Shown: positions 28,703-43,789 of the stretch, piece after piece
How positions within the stretch are numbered: the first letter of the stretch is position 1
How the letters are laid out: each line of letters starts with the position of its first letter
From: Octopus sinensis
Taxonomy: Eukaryota
Reading direction: 5' to 3'
Length of the DNA: 64,000 nt
Assembly (NCBI RefSeq): GCF_006345805.1
Contig: NW_021833741.1
Location: forward strand, 1 to 64,000
Position numbers and translations under genes: made by a program
Notes under the pieces: generated by a model
What the model was told of the DNA's origin: nothing
What the model saw: the letters and a program-made list of their open reading frames with translations, nothing else
The model's database searches: none

Positions 28703-30063
28703 GTATATATATATCTATATATATATGTTTAACTTTCAGGAACTAAAGAATATTTTTACGTTGGACTTTCCTCCATCGAAATAAAGAAAAAAAAACGCAT
28801 GGCTAACCAATTTTTTATTATTTATATTAATAAACGTAATACTACAGGTCTTAGTTAGTAAACTAATTTGGCATCTCAAAGACTGTAATAAACAATTTTC
28901 TTTGCATGGGAAAATTTTTTCAAAGGGGATTCTTTTTGCTCTCTTTGTCTCTTTGTCCGGACGAACAACTATTCATCCTTTTTTTCCAAACACACACTGG
29001 TCATCGCCTATAAAGAGCGTGTTTACATGTGTTTACATTGGAAAAAAACACACTTTCAGCTATTTCGAATATTAGTTGCAACTTTCGCTTTATTCTTTTC
29101 ATCCAAGATTGTTCGTCTTCGTTGATGACCAGAGTTTCTTCGATGACGTCATCATTCGTACCCGACATTAGTTCTCTCAATATAGCTGATGTAGAATTCC
29201 CACCAAACGCATTGCCCGACTTGTAGAAGATAGTGAGTGTCTGGCGATATTCCATGTGCCAGGTGCCCAGTCTTGGTTTTTTCCCTGAATTATGACTGCG
29301 TTCCATTAAGGAAATGAGCTACGCGAAAAAGTGTCTCACAAACAGTAACCGCTTTCCGCCCCCCCCCCCAAAAAAAAGTCAGCAGATAGTCTAGCCTCAG
29401 GGTGTTCTCAGCCTCGGCATGCCGAATCCATCTTCCAGAAAATGCTAGCAAAAGACGCACCGCTTGATCACTAGAGCTCCTCCATTCCACATGAAATGGG
29501 GACTGGAGAATAGCTCAACGCTCAGGAGGTAAGTTATGCAGAAGGCGATGTAAGCATTTGCCGGTTCTGCTCGACATTGCCCAAATAGTTTCCTCTCTGG
29601 TCATTTCTGAGTGAAGGTTGCCACAATGTTCGTAACCTCGTTCAGGCTTCTGACCAACAGGGATCAGGGCCGAAAAAGATGCCGAGCTGTTTGACCAGTT
29701 CATCTGCTCAGCGACTTTCGATGCTATCCAACGGCATAAACTTACCTGTGCAGGTGTCGAGCAGTAGCTGGAGAGCCAGCACATACAGAAGAAACGAGCG
29801 GGGAGATCGCTAACGGACCGAACGGAAGTGGCGATTTACTTTGAACGGTGGATAAGCGCCTCTCTAAGTCTGTGCATTGCGGCGATCCAGTGTATGAAAA
29901 TCGGCTGCTTTTAGGGCAAAAAGGAGGAGGAGAGAATGTGAGCGTATGTGCGTGTATGTTATGTATGTATATATATATCTGTTTCTACATAAATAACACA
30001 CACACACACATATATATGTATGTATATATTATATGTATATATGTGTATATATACATATATATG

Positions 30064-30112
<49 letters not shown>

Positions 30113-30119
30113 TATATAT

Positions 30120-30160
<41 letters not shown>

Positions 30161-30282
30161 TATATGTTACAATGTATATATATATATGTTACATATATAT
30201 ATATATAATGTACTGTATATATATATGTTACATATATATATAATGTATATATATATATATATATATAATATATGTATATATA

Positions 30283-30360
<78 letters not shown>

Positions 30361-32519
30361 CATGTATATATACTATATATATATATACACGCCACAGTTC
30401 ATAGGCTGAATAAACAAAGAGTTAAGTTGAACATTAAAATATAAATAACAACAACAAATGTTTCTAGAACCTTCTGGAAAATTCGATTGTTCCCATTTGA
30501 CAGGCGGCCCCTACACCCCCCCCCCGTCGCCCATTTACTTTATCAAACGATCCATTTAGCTCTAAACCATCACTAAAAGCCCCATAATCGTAGCAAAGAA
30601 AGAATCACAAGACAACATCACTTATCCTCCCCATTAACAGCATCCGTTAGACAGCAGCAGATATGGTTGTCAATGGCGACGCTATGTATGTCTTCTGTCT
30701 TGAAAACAACAACAATATATAAATTTAGAATGAACAACAACAACAACAACAGCACTTATGGCCTGGACAGATTAAGTTCAATGACCCTCTCTGATTCGTC
30801 TTCGTTTACCGATTCCAACAACAATCGCCGCCAATTCTTCACAAATCTCCACTGTTTCACACGCTCCTATTTTTTTATTGTTTTATTTCGCACAGACATA
30901 CAGACAGACAGGCTGAAAGAATGGAAAAGAAGAGAAAATATGGCATACACACACTGACGCATGTGTTGGAGACATACGCATACGCGACACACACACACAC
31001 ACAAAAGCAGAATGCAAAACTTGCCACGTAAAATCTATTGATTTAGACCCATTAAAATGTGCGTTGTGAAGTTCATGCCTGTCTAGTTTCCACACACACA
31101 TATACACACAAACAGACACACACTGAATCACACACACACATGCACAAGTTAAAATTGTTTCCAAATATACAGAAACAACGAATATTGACTGAATAAAGGA
31201 CTCAAGACAGACATAAAAAACCAATATTTATTATAAATTTGTTGATAGTGACTTCGAATTTTCGCAGGAGGTTGCTTGCTTATTGAAATGTAATAAATAT
31301 TTAAAGACACGACCGAACGACGGTTAAATATTCTAAAAGCTTTTTTAACCCTTTCAAAACAAGAAGGGAACAACAAATAATAGGGTCCGAGATATAAGAA
31401 CTCTGTTGCTTGGTTTAGTCAGTGTACTGCGGCCATACTGGGGCTGGGCACCGCCTCGAGGATACCTGTAATATAGGTGGGATGGCGGTAGGGCGAAACG
31501 GTACGTGCTGAACTGACATCTTGGGAAATGAAATGTCACCCAGCATCTTAAAAAGACAAAAAGAATGTAGAGAATAATGTAATATGGAAATGTATGAATC
31601 TAAGATGAGATGGTCACGGCTGGAACATCTTTGATCATTATAAAAATGTCAGTTCAGAAACAAACTGGGAACTAACAACAACAACGACATCACCATCAAC
31701 AAAAATATCAACAAAAAAATAACAGCAGCAACAGCAACAACAACAGTAACGACAGACTGACTAGAAATAAGCCAACGAAAGAGCTTCTATGTGGTCATTT
31801 GACGGCTGAAAAGAGCAACCAAACCTCCCTCAAATTACTCACTGGCATCTTTAAAAACGAAGGACACATTGGGCATCGTAGTCGGAGATATTCAAAAAGA
31901 TTAAACAACCATTATTGGAACATATTTGACTGTAGGCTTTGTGGATAGGGCTTGACCTGGGGCTAAATAATTACAACAATAAGAGCAACATTGATCAACA
32001 CTCTTAATCTAATCGAAAGCAAGAAAGAAAGAGAGAGAGAGAGGGAGAGGGGGAGAGGGGTAGGTGAGAGAGAAAGAAGAACTATATACTAAACTAGGAG
32101 TAGAACTCAATATTGAATAATTGCAAGAAGCGAAGGAATGGCAATCCTAGAAAGGACAAACCCGAAGCCTTATCAATGCCTTATAAATCCTAAATCAGCA
32201 AAAAATTTATTGAGTCTCTTGGACTTCATTGAAGAGATTCTGGATAAAATAAACCGTTATTGGTGTGTTTTAGGATCTCCATATTTATCTTAGGATTGGC
32301 AGGACAAAAGAGTGCAAACGGAACGGACAGTGAGGAGAGGATGAGGAGAGAGAGAGGGAGAGAGAAAGAAAGAGTTTAAAATGGAGGGGGGGATAAATGA
32401 TAAGGAGTGTTCGACAGATAAATATAAATATATAAGAAGAAAAAGAATGAAAAAAAATTGAGAGGGGAAGAAATTATAGAGAGATAGTTAGCAATATCAA
32501 AAGAAATGGAAAGAAAGAG

Positions 32520-32554
<35 letters not shown>

Positions 32555-33771
32555 ATCACAAAGACCATTTATTATTTGTTTATTTAAAGAATTAATCCGT
32601 GTGTACACTTCATTGAAATATTTGCATATTTCCGGTCCAATGGCGGCGGTATCGATTTTAATGGCACAGATTTAACTGGGTGTCACGTTTGTTTGCCAGA
32701 CTGCGAGGCACGTGTGTCAAGGGTGACACCAAGATGAAACACAGAAAGACAGACAGACAGACACACCACACACACGCGCGCACACACGCATACACATTTA
32801 TATAGACATAGATAAATAGAAAATGAGAAAAGAGAGATAACGATAGAGAGAATGGAAAAGAAAAGTGACATGAAAGGAAGGCAGAATGACAAGATGGAAG
32901 TATTTGACGGTAACACCGGAAATCGTCTGTTAGGCTGATGACGTCATTGCTCAGTAAACATTTTGGAAATCTAAACTAACGAAGACTTCTTTCTTTCCTC
33001 TCTTCTTCACTTCTATTTGTTGTATAACCGGAAACGGAAGAAGTCACGACAAATAAAACTGTCGTCTGCTTACAATCAATTCGACAAACATTCCCAGTAT
33101 TTCAAAGAGTCGGTCGTTATGGCGATAGTATCGGCTGCAAGTTTAATCAATGGCAAGGATTTGATAGAAATAGTTAAAACAAGGAAGAACTAAAGAAGAA
33201 AAAAGCAAAGACCGAGAAGGCATGCTTGCCATGGCATCTCACATAATTTTCAGCCATAAATATATATATTTCAGCCATAAATATATCTAAATATATCTAA
33301 ATATATCTAAATATATGTTTTCAGCCATAAATATAACTATGACTACATTAAGTAAATGTGCCCTTTTTTATTTTTAAATATGTTTTGGTGTGATTTGATA
33401 TCTAGATCGCAATTTAATAGATAAATCATGAATTGACACAAAGACCCCCATTTAATGCAGATCATTAGATATATCGATGGCCATCATCGCTTCGTAGTTG
33501 CTTTCCCATCTGTCACTTTCCTTTGCCAGATGGTCAACATAGTTGGTGGTCATCGTTATATTCTTCTGATCTTTTTTTATGTAATTTTGCAGCCGAGCCT
33601 TTTATGGCGTTCTTTTGTGTGATTTCCTCTTTTACAGCCGAAGAGGTACGATTTATTACGACAATCTTGAACAACACACACACACACACACACTACATAT
33701 ATATATATATACACACACACACATACACACACTACATATATACACATATACATATATAACTAGATGTATAT

Positions 33772-33821
<50 letters not shown>

Positions 33822-33825
33822 CACA

Positions 33826-34697
33826 CACGGTGTGGTGAATAAATTGTCGTCTAGATTACGCAAAAATGAAAATAACACTGACGTCTCATTTTAACAGATA
33901 TGTTTACCAAAGTTACATTAAAATATCTTGAAATCCTAAAGAGTAAATTTATTCAATAAAATCGCCGTTGGCTTCAACCACGGCCTCCAGACGGCTTTAG
34001 AATTTCCTACAACTCTTCTGGGTGGTCTCCTTGTTTAAGTTGGTAAATGCTGCTATAATTCTTGCCTTCAGTTCATCTTTGGTGTTACAAGGAGTTTTGT
34101 TGGTCTCTCATTCAACTGCGCCCCACACGTAGTAACTAAGGGGGTTGCAGCTTGGGGAGTTTGGTAGCCAGATGTTAGGGGTGATGTGGCCACAGAAATT
34201 GTCAGACAGCCATGACTGGGTTCTCCTGTGACATAGTCCAGAGTCCTGTTGCCAGACATAGGGTCTTCCAGCAGCTACCCTCTCGACTCAGGGCAGCACT
34301 ACCTCCTCCAGGCAGTTGATGTAGGCCTCTGTGTTGAGTGTGAGGCCGTGTGGGGAGATGAATGGAGGCATAACGTCATCATCACTATAGTGACCGCTCA
34401 TCATCACTTTCGTTATCCCCATTAGTCTCATCCAACTCTTTCTGAATCCTTTGCACTCTCCTCAGATTCACACCCAAACACTCTGAAATGTTTGTATTGG
34501 AGCTTCCGGCGTGAATGCCAAGCAATACAGCACGTCGTTTCCAAATTTCTGGCTGAGTTAATTGTATCATGGTGTTGTTTTTCTCACAGACGGTGCCCAA
34601 CCGACCATACTATAGTGTATTGTCGACAAAATCAAAAACAGTGCATATGCGCAAAATTAAAAATATAGAATGGTGACAATTTATCTATCGCACCCTG
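33826..34697 (-). mobile_element. Internally deleted Tc1/mariner transposon (maT/DD37D-like)
   Basis: Imperfect TIRs CACGGTGTGGTGAATAAATTGTC / GACAATTTATCTATCGCACCCTG+TA; minus frames give YVWQQDSG..IWLPNSPSCNP..YYVWGAVE..RLEAVVEANGDFIE with stops; N-terminal HTH-like piece at 34385-34570. Confidence 0.85.
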
Positions 34698-34705
34698 TAT
34701 GTATG

Positions 34706-34761
<56 letters not shown>

Positions 34762-35014
34762 TATACATGTATACACACATACTTATACATGTACACATAC
34801 ACACATATAAATGCAAACACACATACCACGATGTGAAAATAATTTTTCCAGTTTCTTTAAGCTATCATTAAGAACCAGAACTTTCTGACATAAATCTTAC
34901 ACCCACATCCATATATACGTACATGCACATATATACACATATATACGTACATCCAAATATACACATATTTACAATACATACAAACATACATATTTGTGCA
35001 TTACATAAAGAGAA

Positions 35015-35400
35015 TTAATCTGTTCCTTTTCAAAGCTAGACCATTTCTCATTAGATATGCTTTTCCCGTGTGTGAGCACGTAAGTGGCCTTTGGGTACCA
35101 AGAACTGTTTGAAATTTGCATTACAAGCAGTGCAAATATATGTCTCACATGAAGTTGTACCATGTTGTTTGTCTGGTCTGATTTGTGGATGTTTAAATGC
35201 CTTTTCAGAGCAGTACAGGACTGGTATATCTTATAACAAAGATGGCATGAGACCGTATCTCCTGGAATGATGTGCAAATGACACGAATGACACAAAACCA
35301 TGTAGGATGAGTTTTCAGATGCGAAAACTCATGTGGTAAGATTTTTTTTTCTGGAAATTCTTGCCACATGTTTAGTAAGATGTTATCTCCCCATAGTTCT
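35015..35400 (-). pseudogene. Decayed C2H2 zinc-finger cluster, probably a LINE C-terminus
   Basis: Different frames give TCGKNFQKKKSYH, CHLCYKIYQSCTALKRHLNIH and CTACNANFKQFLVPKGHLRAH. Confidence 0.55.
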
Positions 35401-36041
35401 CGTTTCATACTTCAAAATCCCTTACTTTAGGCAAGATCTTTTTTTGCCATTCATTTCTGCCAAGATCAATAGACTCCCTATCTGCCTGGGGTGGGGCGTT
35501 CAACCCCCTCAACCGTATTAAATCGCCAGCCCCACCCCCATCTGACTGGAAACTAGATTAGTGTGAATTAATGAAATTTATGCTCTCTCCAAAACACACA
35601 TACATATATGCAAATATGTGTGTGTGTTTGTTTGCTTGTGTGCGTGCGTGTGCGTGTTTACGTGTGTGCAGTTTAAAATTGCACTTGGTGCTTTCTTCCA
35701 TTGCATCTGCAGTATCAGTTCTGATAAAACTTTCTGAGATGCTTAAGTGGTTTTAGAAAAAAAAACGGTCTTTAGATATTACACCTCGCAACATCCTTGC
35801 AGCAACTGGAAGCTTTCACAGAAAATTTAATTTTGGAAGGGTGTATCTCAGAATGAATGAGATAAGAGGAAGCTTAAGTTCAGTGCAAACAGCTTTTGGG
35901 ATTTCGAATGTTATTATTCAGACTGTATCTATTAAATAACGGAAGTAAATATATCAACCAAGTGCTCAAATATGAAGTGAATAATACCTCGTGGGTCGGC
36001 AGTGAACTCTTCAAAAAGTACTCAGTTCTCGACGAGTTGCC

Positions 36042-36210
36042 ATGCCAACCCAAAAGTACAGTCTCCCAAAGGCAGTTTTCTCTGCTGAACTGTGTCGGGG
36101 CAGGAGGAGCCGTAGTGGCCGGAGTCTGCGATACAGGGATGTGCTGAAGAGACATATGAAGGACTCTGGCATTTCCCCCGACACCTGGGAGGAGAAGGCC
36201 CTGCACCAAT
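36042..36210 (+). pseudogene. RTE-clade LINE C-terminal fragment
   Basis: LPKAVFSAELCRGRRSRSGRSLRYRDVLKRHMKDSGISPDTWEEKA matches the RTE post-RT motif. Confidence 0.75.
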
Positions 36211-36227
36211 CACTGAATCTCGTAATT

Positions 36228-36282
<55 letters not shown>

Positions 36283-36396
36283 ATATATAATATTATATAT
36301 ATATTATATATATATATATATTATATAATATATATATATATATATATGTATTATATATATATATTATATATATATATACATATATATATAGTATAT

Positions 36397-36439
<43 letters not shown>

Positions 36440-36446
<7 letters not shown>

Positions 36447-36605
36447 TGCATCTGTGTTTCTCCCCTCCTGCATTGCTTGACAAGCGATGATGGTATGTTT
36501 ACGTTCCCGTAACTTAGCGGTTCGGCAAAATAGAATATATACTAGGCTTACAAAGAATAAGTCCTGGGGTCGATTTGCTCTTCTAAAGGTGGAGATCCAG
36601 CATGG
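36440..36605 (+). mobile_element. SINE family B 3' half
   Basis: CGTAACTTAGCGGTTCGGCAAAA..AAGAATAAGTCCTGGGGTCGATTTG. Confidence 0.75.
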
Positions 36606-36609
36606 ATAT

Positions 36610-36648
<39 letters not shown>

Positions 36649-36659
36649 TGTATCAAACT

Positions 36660-36705
36660 AGTCTGATAAGTGCTAACGCACGAAACTCTCGGGGCTTGAG
36701 TCACT
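36660..36705 (+). ncRNA. Hammerhead motif with G8A substitution
   Basis: AGT-CTGATAA-GTGC(TAAC)GCAC-GAAA-CTC(9 nt)GAG-TC-ACT; all three stems pair; GUC triplet. Confidence 0.65.
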
Positions 36706-36778
36706 CTGTGACTTCTGCCAAATATTAACAAAGATATACATATACTCTTATTTTGAAAACTATTTGCATCACCATACC

Positions 36779-36821
<43 letters not shown>

Positions 36822-36830
36822 TATATAATA

Positions 36831-36875
<45 letters not shown>

Positions 36876-36990
36876 ACACACACACATACATGCAGATGTA
36901 AACCTTTCTAAAAAGTTTACCGTTTTTGTATATGTCCAGACATGCATCGAGAATGTATGAGATTTCGTACATGAAACAAACCCTAGAAAT

Positions 36991-37057
<67 letters not shown>

Positions 37058-37339
37058 CATCTATCGTGTTGATGCTGATGGAATTCCAGTGGGGCTTCAA
37101 TGTTGCTTACAAAACCGGTTCTGCAAGTAAATCAAAATAATAACATATATATAGATTAATCCACATACACATAAATAAATATTTCCGTCCACCCATCCAT
37201 ATAAACGTACACACCCACACACCCATGCACACGAAACACAAGGAGACAGTTTCATGTGCAATGGAAAGGACAAAAAACACCATGCAAACAAACAACAAAA
37301 AGCAATATGGAAGTGTGCAATATGAAGTATGGATGTATG

Positions 37340-38385
<1,046 letters not shown>

Positions 38386-38503
38386 TAAATAAAATAGGAA
38401 AAATTGCGTTTCCCCTCGCAAGTAGGTATCACTTGTTGAAAAGACATGCAACACATCATCGTGCGGCTGTTATGATAGTCATTAGGTGTGGAATGCGAAC
38501 ACG

Positions 38504-38538
<35 letters not shown>

Positions 38539-38893
38539 TGGACAGGAGAGACAGATAGAGAGAGGTAGAGAAAGCGAGAGAGAGAGACAAAAAGAAATGC
38601 GAGAGCGCGAGAGGGAGGTGGTGGGGGAATACGCGAAGCAAGCAACATGTCCGCCATGACAAAAGATTATCTGTCACGGTTGATTGGTGAGGGAATGTTA
38701 AAGACGAAGCTATGCGCTCTGATGCTCTGATACGGTCACCGTCACCGCCGTGACGTCACCATAACTGCGCTCTACATATTTCATCTCTTTGTCATAACTT
38801 TTCCTTTTGTCTGCCGCGTCTGTCTGTCTTTTGCGTGTCTGTCTGTCTGCCTGTCTTTTTGATCCTTTATACTTTCACTTCTTTATCTTTGCC

Positions 38894-38927
<34 letters not shown>

Positions 38928-39619
38928 ACTCTCTTTCTCTTTCATAGTATCACTCCCTCTTTCCCTCTCTCATCATTACTTCCTTACTTCTCTCTCTCTC
39001 TTCACCATTGGACTCTCCATCTCTCTTCCCACTCCCTCTATCTTTCTATAACAATCCCGCAATCTCCTTTTCTCTCTGTCTTTCTCCCTCTCTATCCCTC
39101 TTCCTTCATCTCTCTCTCTCTCTCTCTCTCCACCACATTTGCATGTCTCTTGTATACCCCCACCCAATGCATAATATTACAGGGTGATGGTCACCAAGAC
39201 ATTAAGAGACATTCCAGTGATATGATGAAGAGGAGGGGGGGACAAAGATGAGAGGGATATTTTTATGGTGGATTAGAGATAGGGGTACAGTGATTGCTTT
39301 GGGCGATGGTGGTGGTGATGGTGGTTGTGACGGGGGTGGTGATGGTGATGAAGGTGGTGATGATGGTGGTGGTGATGGTGATGGTGGTGAGGGGTGGGAT
39401 GGGGACAGTGGCGGCGGCGGTGAGGGTGATGATGACATGGTAGTTGACGTGGTTGTGGTGTTGGTGATGATGGTGATGATGATGATGATGATGTCATAGT
39501 GAAGATGGCAGTGATGGTGGTGGGGATGGCAATGATGATGATGTTGATGATAATTGTGATGGTAGTGATGATGACGATGGTTGTATTGAGATTAACTGTA
39601 ATTCGTTTAACCTCCCCCC

Positions 39620-40230
39620 CAGGTCACCCCCTGATCAAGCAGACTAAACATCAAAGACATTCCAACCACGACCGTCACTTATTATTCAGTGTGTCTATCT
39701 AGAACCTCAGCAACAATTGTGTTCGTCCTTCCTTTTCTTTTAAAGGCGGTAGAGACATGAAGGAGATTTGACTGCTATGTCTGGCTGGCTAATTGACCAG
39801 GTAGAGGCTTTCGCATTGACCAGGGGAATCTGTGGTTATTGTTGTTGTTGTGCTATTGTATAGCCCCAGGTCAGACCTGATTCAGCAGACCCATGATCCA
39901 AAGGTGACCATCCCATATTTTTAGTACAGCACCAATACATCCTTCCCTTATCTAAGACGTTAACGTGTGATTTGGGGGCGATTTTGCTACTATGTCTTGC
40001 AGGCTGGTCGACTGACTCCTTAGAATCTCTCCCCGTTGCTACCGTTGCTGCTTAACCCTCAGTCAGCTGACACCTAACAAAGACACACACTACTGCATGA
40101 CAAAGGGCATTCCAGCCATGACCATCTCATCTCATTTCTATATCTAGAACTACGTTATCCAATTTGTCCTTCAATTTTTGAAGATACGTTCTCGAGGAGA
40201 TCTGGCTGCTATTTCTTCCCAGTTACTACA
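39620..40230 (+). repeat. Three diverged copies of an old dispersed repeat
   Basis: CCCCAGGTCA..CTGAT..AGCAGAC..CAAAG..ATTCCA.CCATGACCATC..GGAGATTTG.CTGCTAT at about 39620, 39865 and 40060; related pieces near 31800 and 55300-55700. Confidence 0.5.
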
Positions 40231-40285
40231 TCATGCGAAAACTTCTGCGTTTGCCAGACGCACATAAAGCTGTTGCTGCATCTTC

Positions 40286-40333
<48 letters not shown>

Positions 40334-41014
40334 TGCATTTAATTTTTTTTCAGCTTATTCATTCTATGTAAATCCCCTCACTTTATGTCCGTCTTTGTAT
40401 TGTCGCCTCCCCCCACTCATACATCACCCTGATGGCAAATAAAAAAACCCTCATCATCATCATCATCATCATCAATGTCATCATTGTTATTATTATTATT
40501 ATTAATATCAGTGCACATTCCTTCACAGCTTTATATATATATATATATATTTTTTAATATATATAATTTATTGATCTATATATTATCTCCCGCCCCTCAG
40601 CGCTTCCCTCCTCCCTACCCATCCTCCTCCTCCTTCTCTTCCCCCCTCACCACCACCACCACCACCACCACCATCACCGTCACACCCACCGCCGGCACCG
40701 CCGCCACCGCCGCCACCGCCGCCACCGCCGCCACCGCCGCCACCGCCGCCACCATTTCTATATATTTCCCTCTACTTTTTACCACCAGTTGTGGAGTTTG
40801 AGTTCTGGAATGTCTTCTTTGAAGTGGTTTTATGGGGCTGAAAATAGCTGTTGGGGGGTTTAGGGCGGAGGAGGTGGCGGCAGCGGCGGTGGTGGCAGTG
40901 GTGGTGGTGGTTAGTGTGATTTCATGTCGGATAAAGAAAAGAAAATGGAGAAAATAACACAAAAAACACCCCATAACAACAAAATCTCCGCCGATTAACA
41001 ACATTAAAGTACTT

Positions 41015-41046
<32 letters not shown>

Positions 41047-41427
41047 CATACACATATATACAATTGCTCACATACACGTGCGCGCAGACATCTCAATCTA
41101 TTTCTGCCATTTCTGTGACACCACCACCACCACCACCACCACCACTATCACCACCACCACCACCTCCACCACCACTTCGTATCCAAAATCAACATGTCAG
41201 TGTAACCCCGTCACCTGAGCAATGTCCCCCTCCTCTCCCCGACCCCCGCCCCCAAACCTGCATCCTTTATATTTATTGAAAAGCATATCGACAGACAGAC
41301 AGACAGGCATAACCGCCGGGAAGTTATTTCATAAAGACATTTAGGTTGATGTACAACATCAACATTACGAGTAGGAGGTCGGTAGGAACCAGTGCTACCA
41401 CGACCATCACCATATACATATACATAT

Positions 41428-41939
41428 ATATATATAAAACTGTAGTTGTGTGAGTGTCTGTCTCCTTCGATTTAGATTCCTAACTACTCCCACATTTTGC
41501 GGTGCAGTTTAACCAAATTCGGGTATCTTATAGTCGTGATTCATATCGAGCCCGTCTGAGTATTAGCGCGCGTCTACGATGAGTCTACGATTTTAAAAAT
41601 AATTTAACATCATTTTTTATTCCATTTTAATGCATAATTTTTCGTGTGTCGATGGCGGCGGAGTTGGCGTCCATGGTCACACCTGCACCTGTTTGCTTCT
41701 CCCCCTTCTTCCCTCCCTCGTGAAGCTGTGGGGAAGGGAGTGTAAGGAAATCAACGTCGTAAAGCGTTGTCAAGGAGACCAGCGTTCTTTTAGAACAACG
41801 ACTTCATGGCTTGAAGACACCAAAACAGAAATGGCTAAGAAAGCCCGAATTGGCATCTATAAGGGAAGTAACTCTCTAAAAATGCTTATATAGTTATTTC
41901 CCTTACAAACCCGAGCAACGCCGGGCGATACTGCTAGTA
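41428..41939 (+). mobile_element. Non-autonomous Helitron-like element
   Basis: 5' TATATATAAAA; subterminal hairpin CCCGAGCAACGCCGGG followed by CTAG|T. Confidence 0.7.
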
Positions 41940-41976
41940 TATATATATATATATATACATATATATATAGGCTTAG

Positions 41977-42375
41977 GAGTGGCTGTGTGGTAAGTAGCTT
42001 GCTTGCCAACCACATGGTTCCCAGTTCAGTCCCACTGCGTGGCACCTTGGGCAAGTGTCTTCTACTATAGCCACCGGTCGACCAAATCCTTGTGTGTGGA
42101 TTTGGTAGACGGAAACTGAGAGAAGCCCGTCGTTTATACGTGTATATATATATATACATGTATATGTGTGTGTGTGTTTGTAAGTTTGTGTTTGTCCCCC
42201 CCAGCATCACTTGACAACCGATGCTGGTGCGTTTACGTCTCCGTTTGGCAAAAGAGACCGATAGAATAAGTACTAGTCTTACAAAGAATAAGTCCTGGGG
42301 TCGATTTGCTCAACTAAAGGCGGTGTTCCAGCATGGCCGCAGTCACCTGACTGAAACAAGTAAAAAGAGTAAAAG
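41977..42375 (+). mobile_element. SINE family B
   Basis: Full head-microsatellite-tail structure, as at 13647. Confidence 0.85.
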
Positions 42376-42391
42376 ATATATATATATATAT

Positions 42392-42517
42392 CTGAAGAGC
42401 GTAGGCTCGAAACGTTAAAGACTTTTTTATTTATATTTCCCTAGCGCCATACTAATTCAATTGTTTGTTTGTTTCCCACCTGCCTTCGTCTTTTGTCTAT
42501 TTTCATAAGCTTCCCGT

Positions 42518-42519
<2 letters not shown>
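42392..42519 (+). mobile_element. 5'-truncated PLE 3' end starting within the HHR motif
   Basis: TGAAGAGCGTAGGCTCGAAACGTTAAAGAC..AAGCTTCCCGTTATA is the reverse-complement homolog of 47632-47790; repeated at 43192-43320. Confidence 0.75.
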
Positions 42520-42549
<30 letters not shown>

Positions 42550-42777
42550 ATTAAAATTAATATGACCAGCAACATACACACACACACATACGCACATATA
42601 CAGACATGTGTATATTTATACATACATACATATGTATAAACATATATGTGTGTGTGTATATATAAGTATATATATATATATATATATATCTATACATACA
42701 TATATATGTGTATGTGAATATATATGTAGAAATATATATATATATATAATATATATATACATATATATATAGGCTTA

Positions 42778-43175
42778 GGAGTGGCTGTGTGGTAAGTAGC
42801 TTGCTTGCCAACCACATGGTTCCCAGTTCAGTCCCACTGCGTGGCACCTTGGGCAAGTGTCTTCTACTATAGCCACCGGTCGACCAAATCCTTGTGTGTG
42901 GATTTGGTAGACGGAAACTGAGAGAAGCCCGTCGTTTATACGTGTATATATATATATACATGTATATGTGTGTGTGTTTGTAAGTTTGTGTTTGTCCCCC
43001 CCAGCATCACTTGACAACCGATGCTGGTGCGTTTACGTCTCCGTTTGGCAAAAGAGACCGATAGAATAAGTACTAGTCTTACAAAGAATAAGTCCTGGGG
43101 TCGATTTGCTCAACTAAAGGCGGTGTTCCAGCATGGCCGCAGTCACCTGACTGAAACAAGTAAAAAGAGTAAAAG
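42778..43175 (+). mobile_element. SINE family B (duplicate)
   Basis: Copy of 41977-42375. Confidence 0.85.
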
Positions 43176-43320
43176 ATATATATATATATATCTGAAGAGC
43201 GTAGGCTCGAAACGTTAAAGACTTGTTTTATTTATATTTCCCTAGCGCCATACTAATTCAATTGTTTGTTTGTTTCCCACCTGCCTTCGTCTTTTGTCTA
43301 TTTTCATAAAGCTTCCCGTT

Positions 43321-43351
<31 letters not shown>

Positions 43352-43534
43352 CTATTAAAATTAATATGACCAGCAACATACACACACACACATACGCACA
43401 TATACAGACATGTGTATATTTATACATACATACATATGTATAAACATATATGTGTGTGTGTATATATAAGTATATATATATATTATATATATATCTATAC
43501 ATACATATATATGTGTATGTGAATATATATGTAG

Positions 43535-43580
<46 letters not shown>

Positions 43581-43669
43581 TATATATATGCGTGTGTGTG
43601 TGTGTGTGTGTACATATCTATATACATATATATATATAAATAGATGTATACTTTATTTAAAGCAGCAGA

Positions 43670-43789
43670 AAATTCAACAAAACCTGTTACTCTGAGTTTC
43701 ACGTTGCCATTCGTCGGACAGTTTTTTCTAGCAAAAACTGTCCGACGAACGGCAACGTGAAACTCAGAGTAACAAGTTTTGTTGAATTT
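43670..43789. ncRNA. Near-perfect palindrome with divergent HHR motifs on both strands
   Basis: Plus 43738-43776: CTGT-CCGACGA-ACG(GCAA)CGT-GAAA-CTCAGAG-TA-ACA; mirror copy on minus 43684-43721; U4C core variant. Confidence 0.7.

Larger units (their letters stand above)
41950..43560. repeat. Tandem duplication, about 800 bp period (SINE B plus PLE 3'-end fragment)
   Basis: 41977-42520 matches 42778-43320 almost exactly. Confidence 0.9.
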
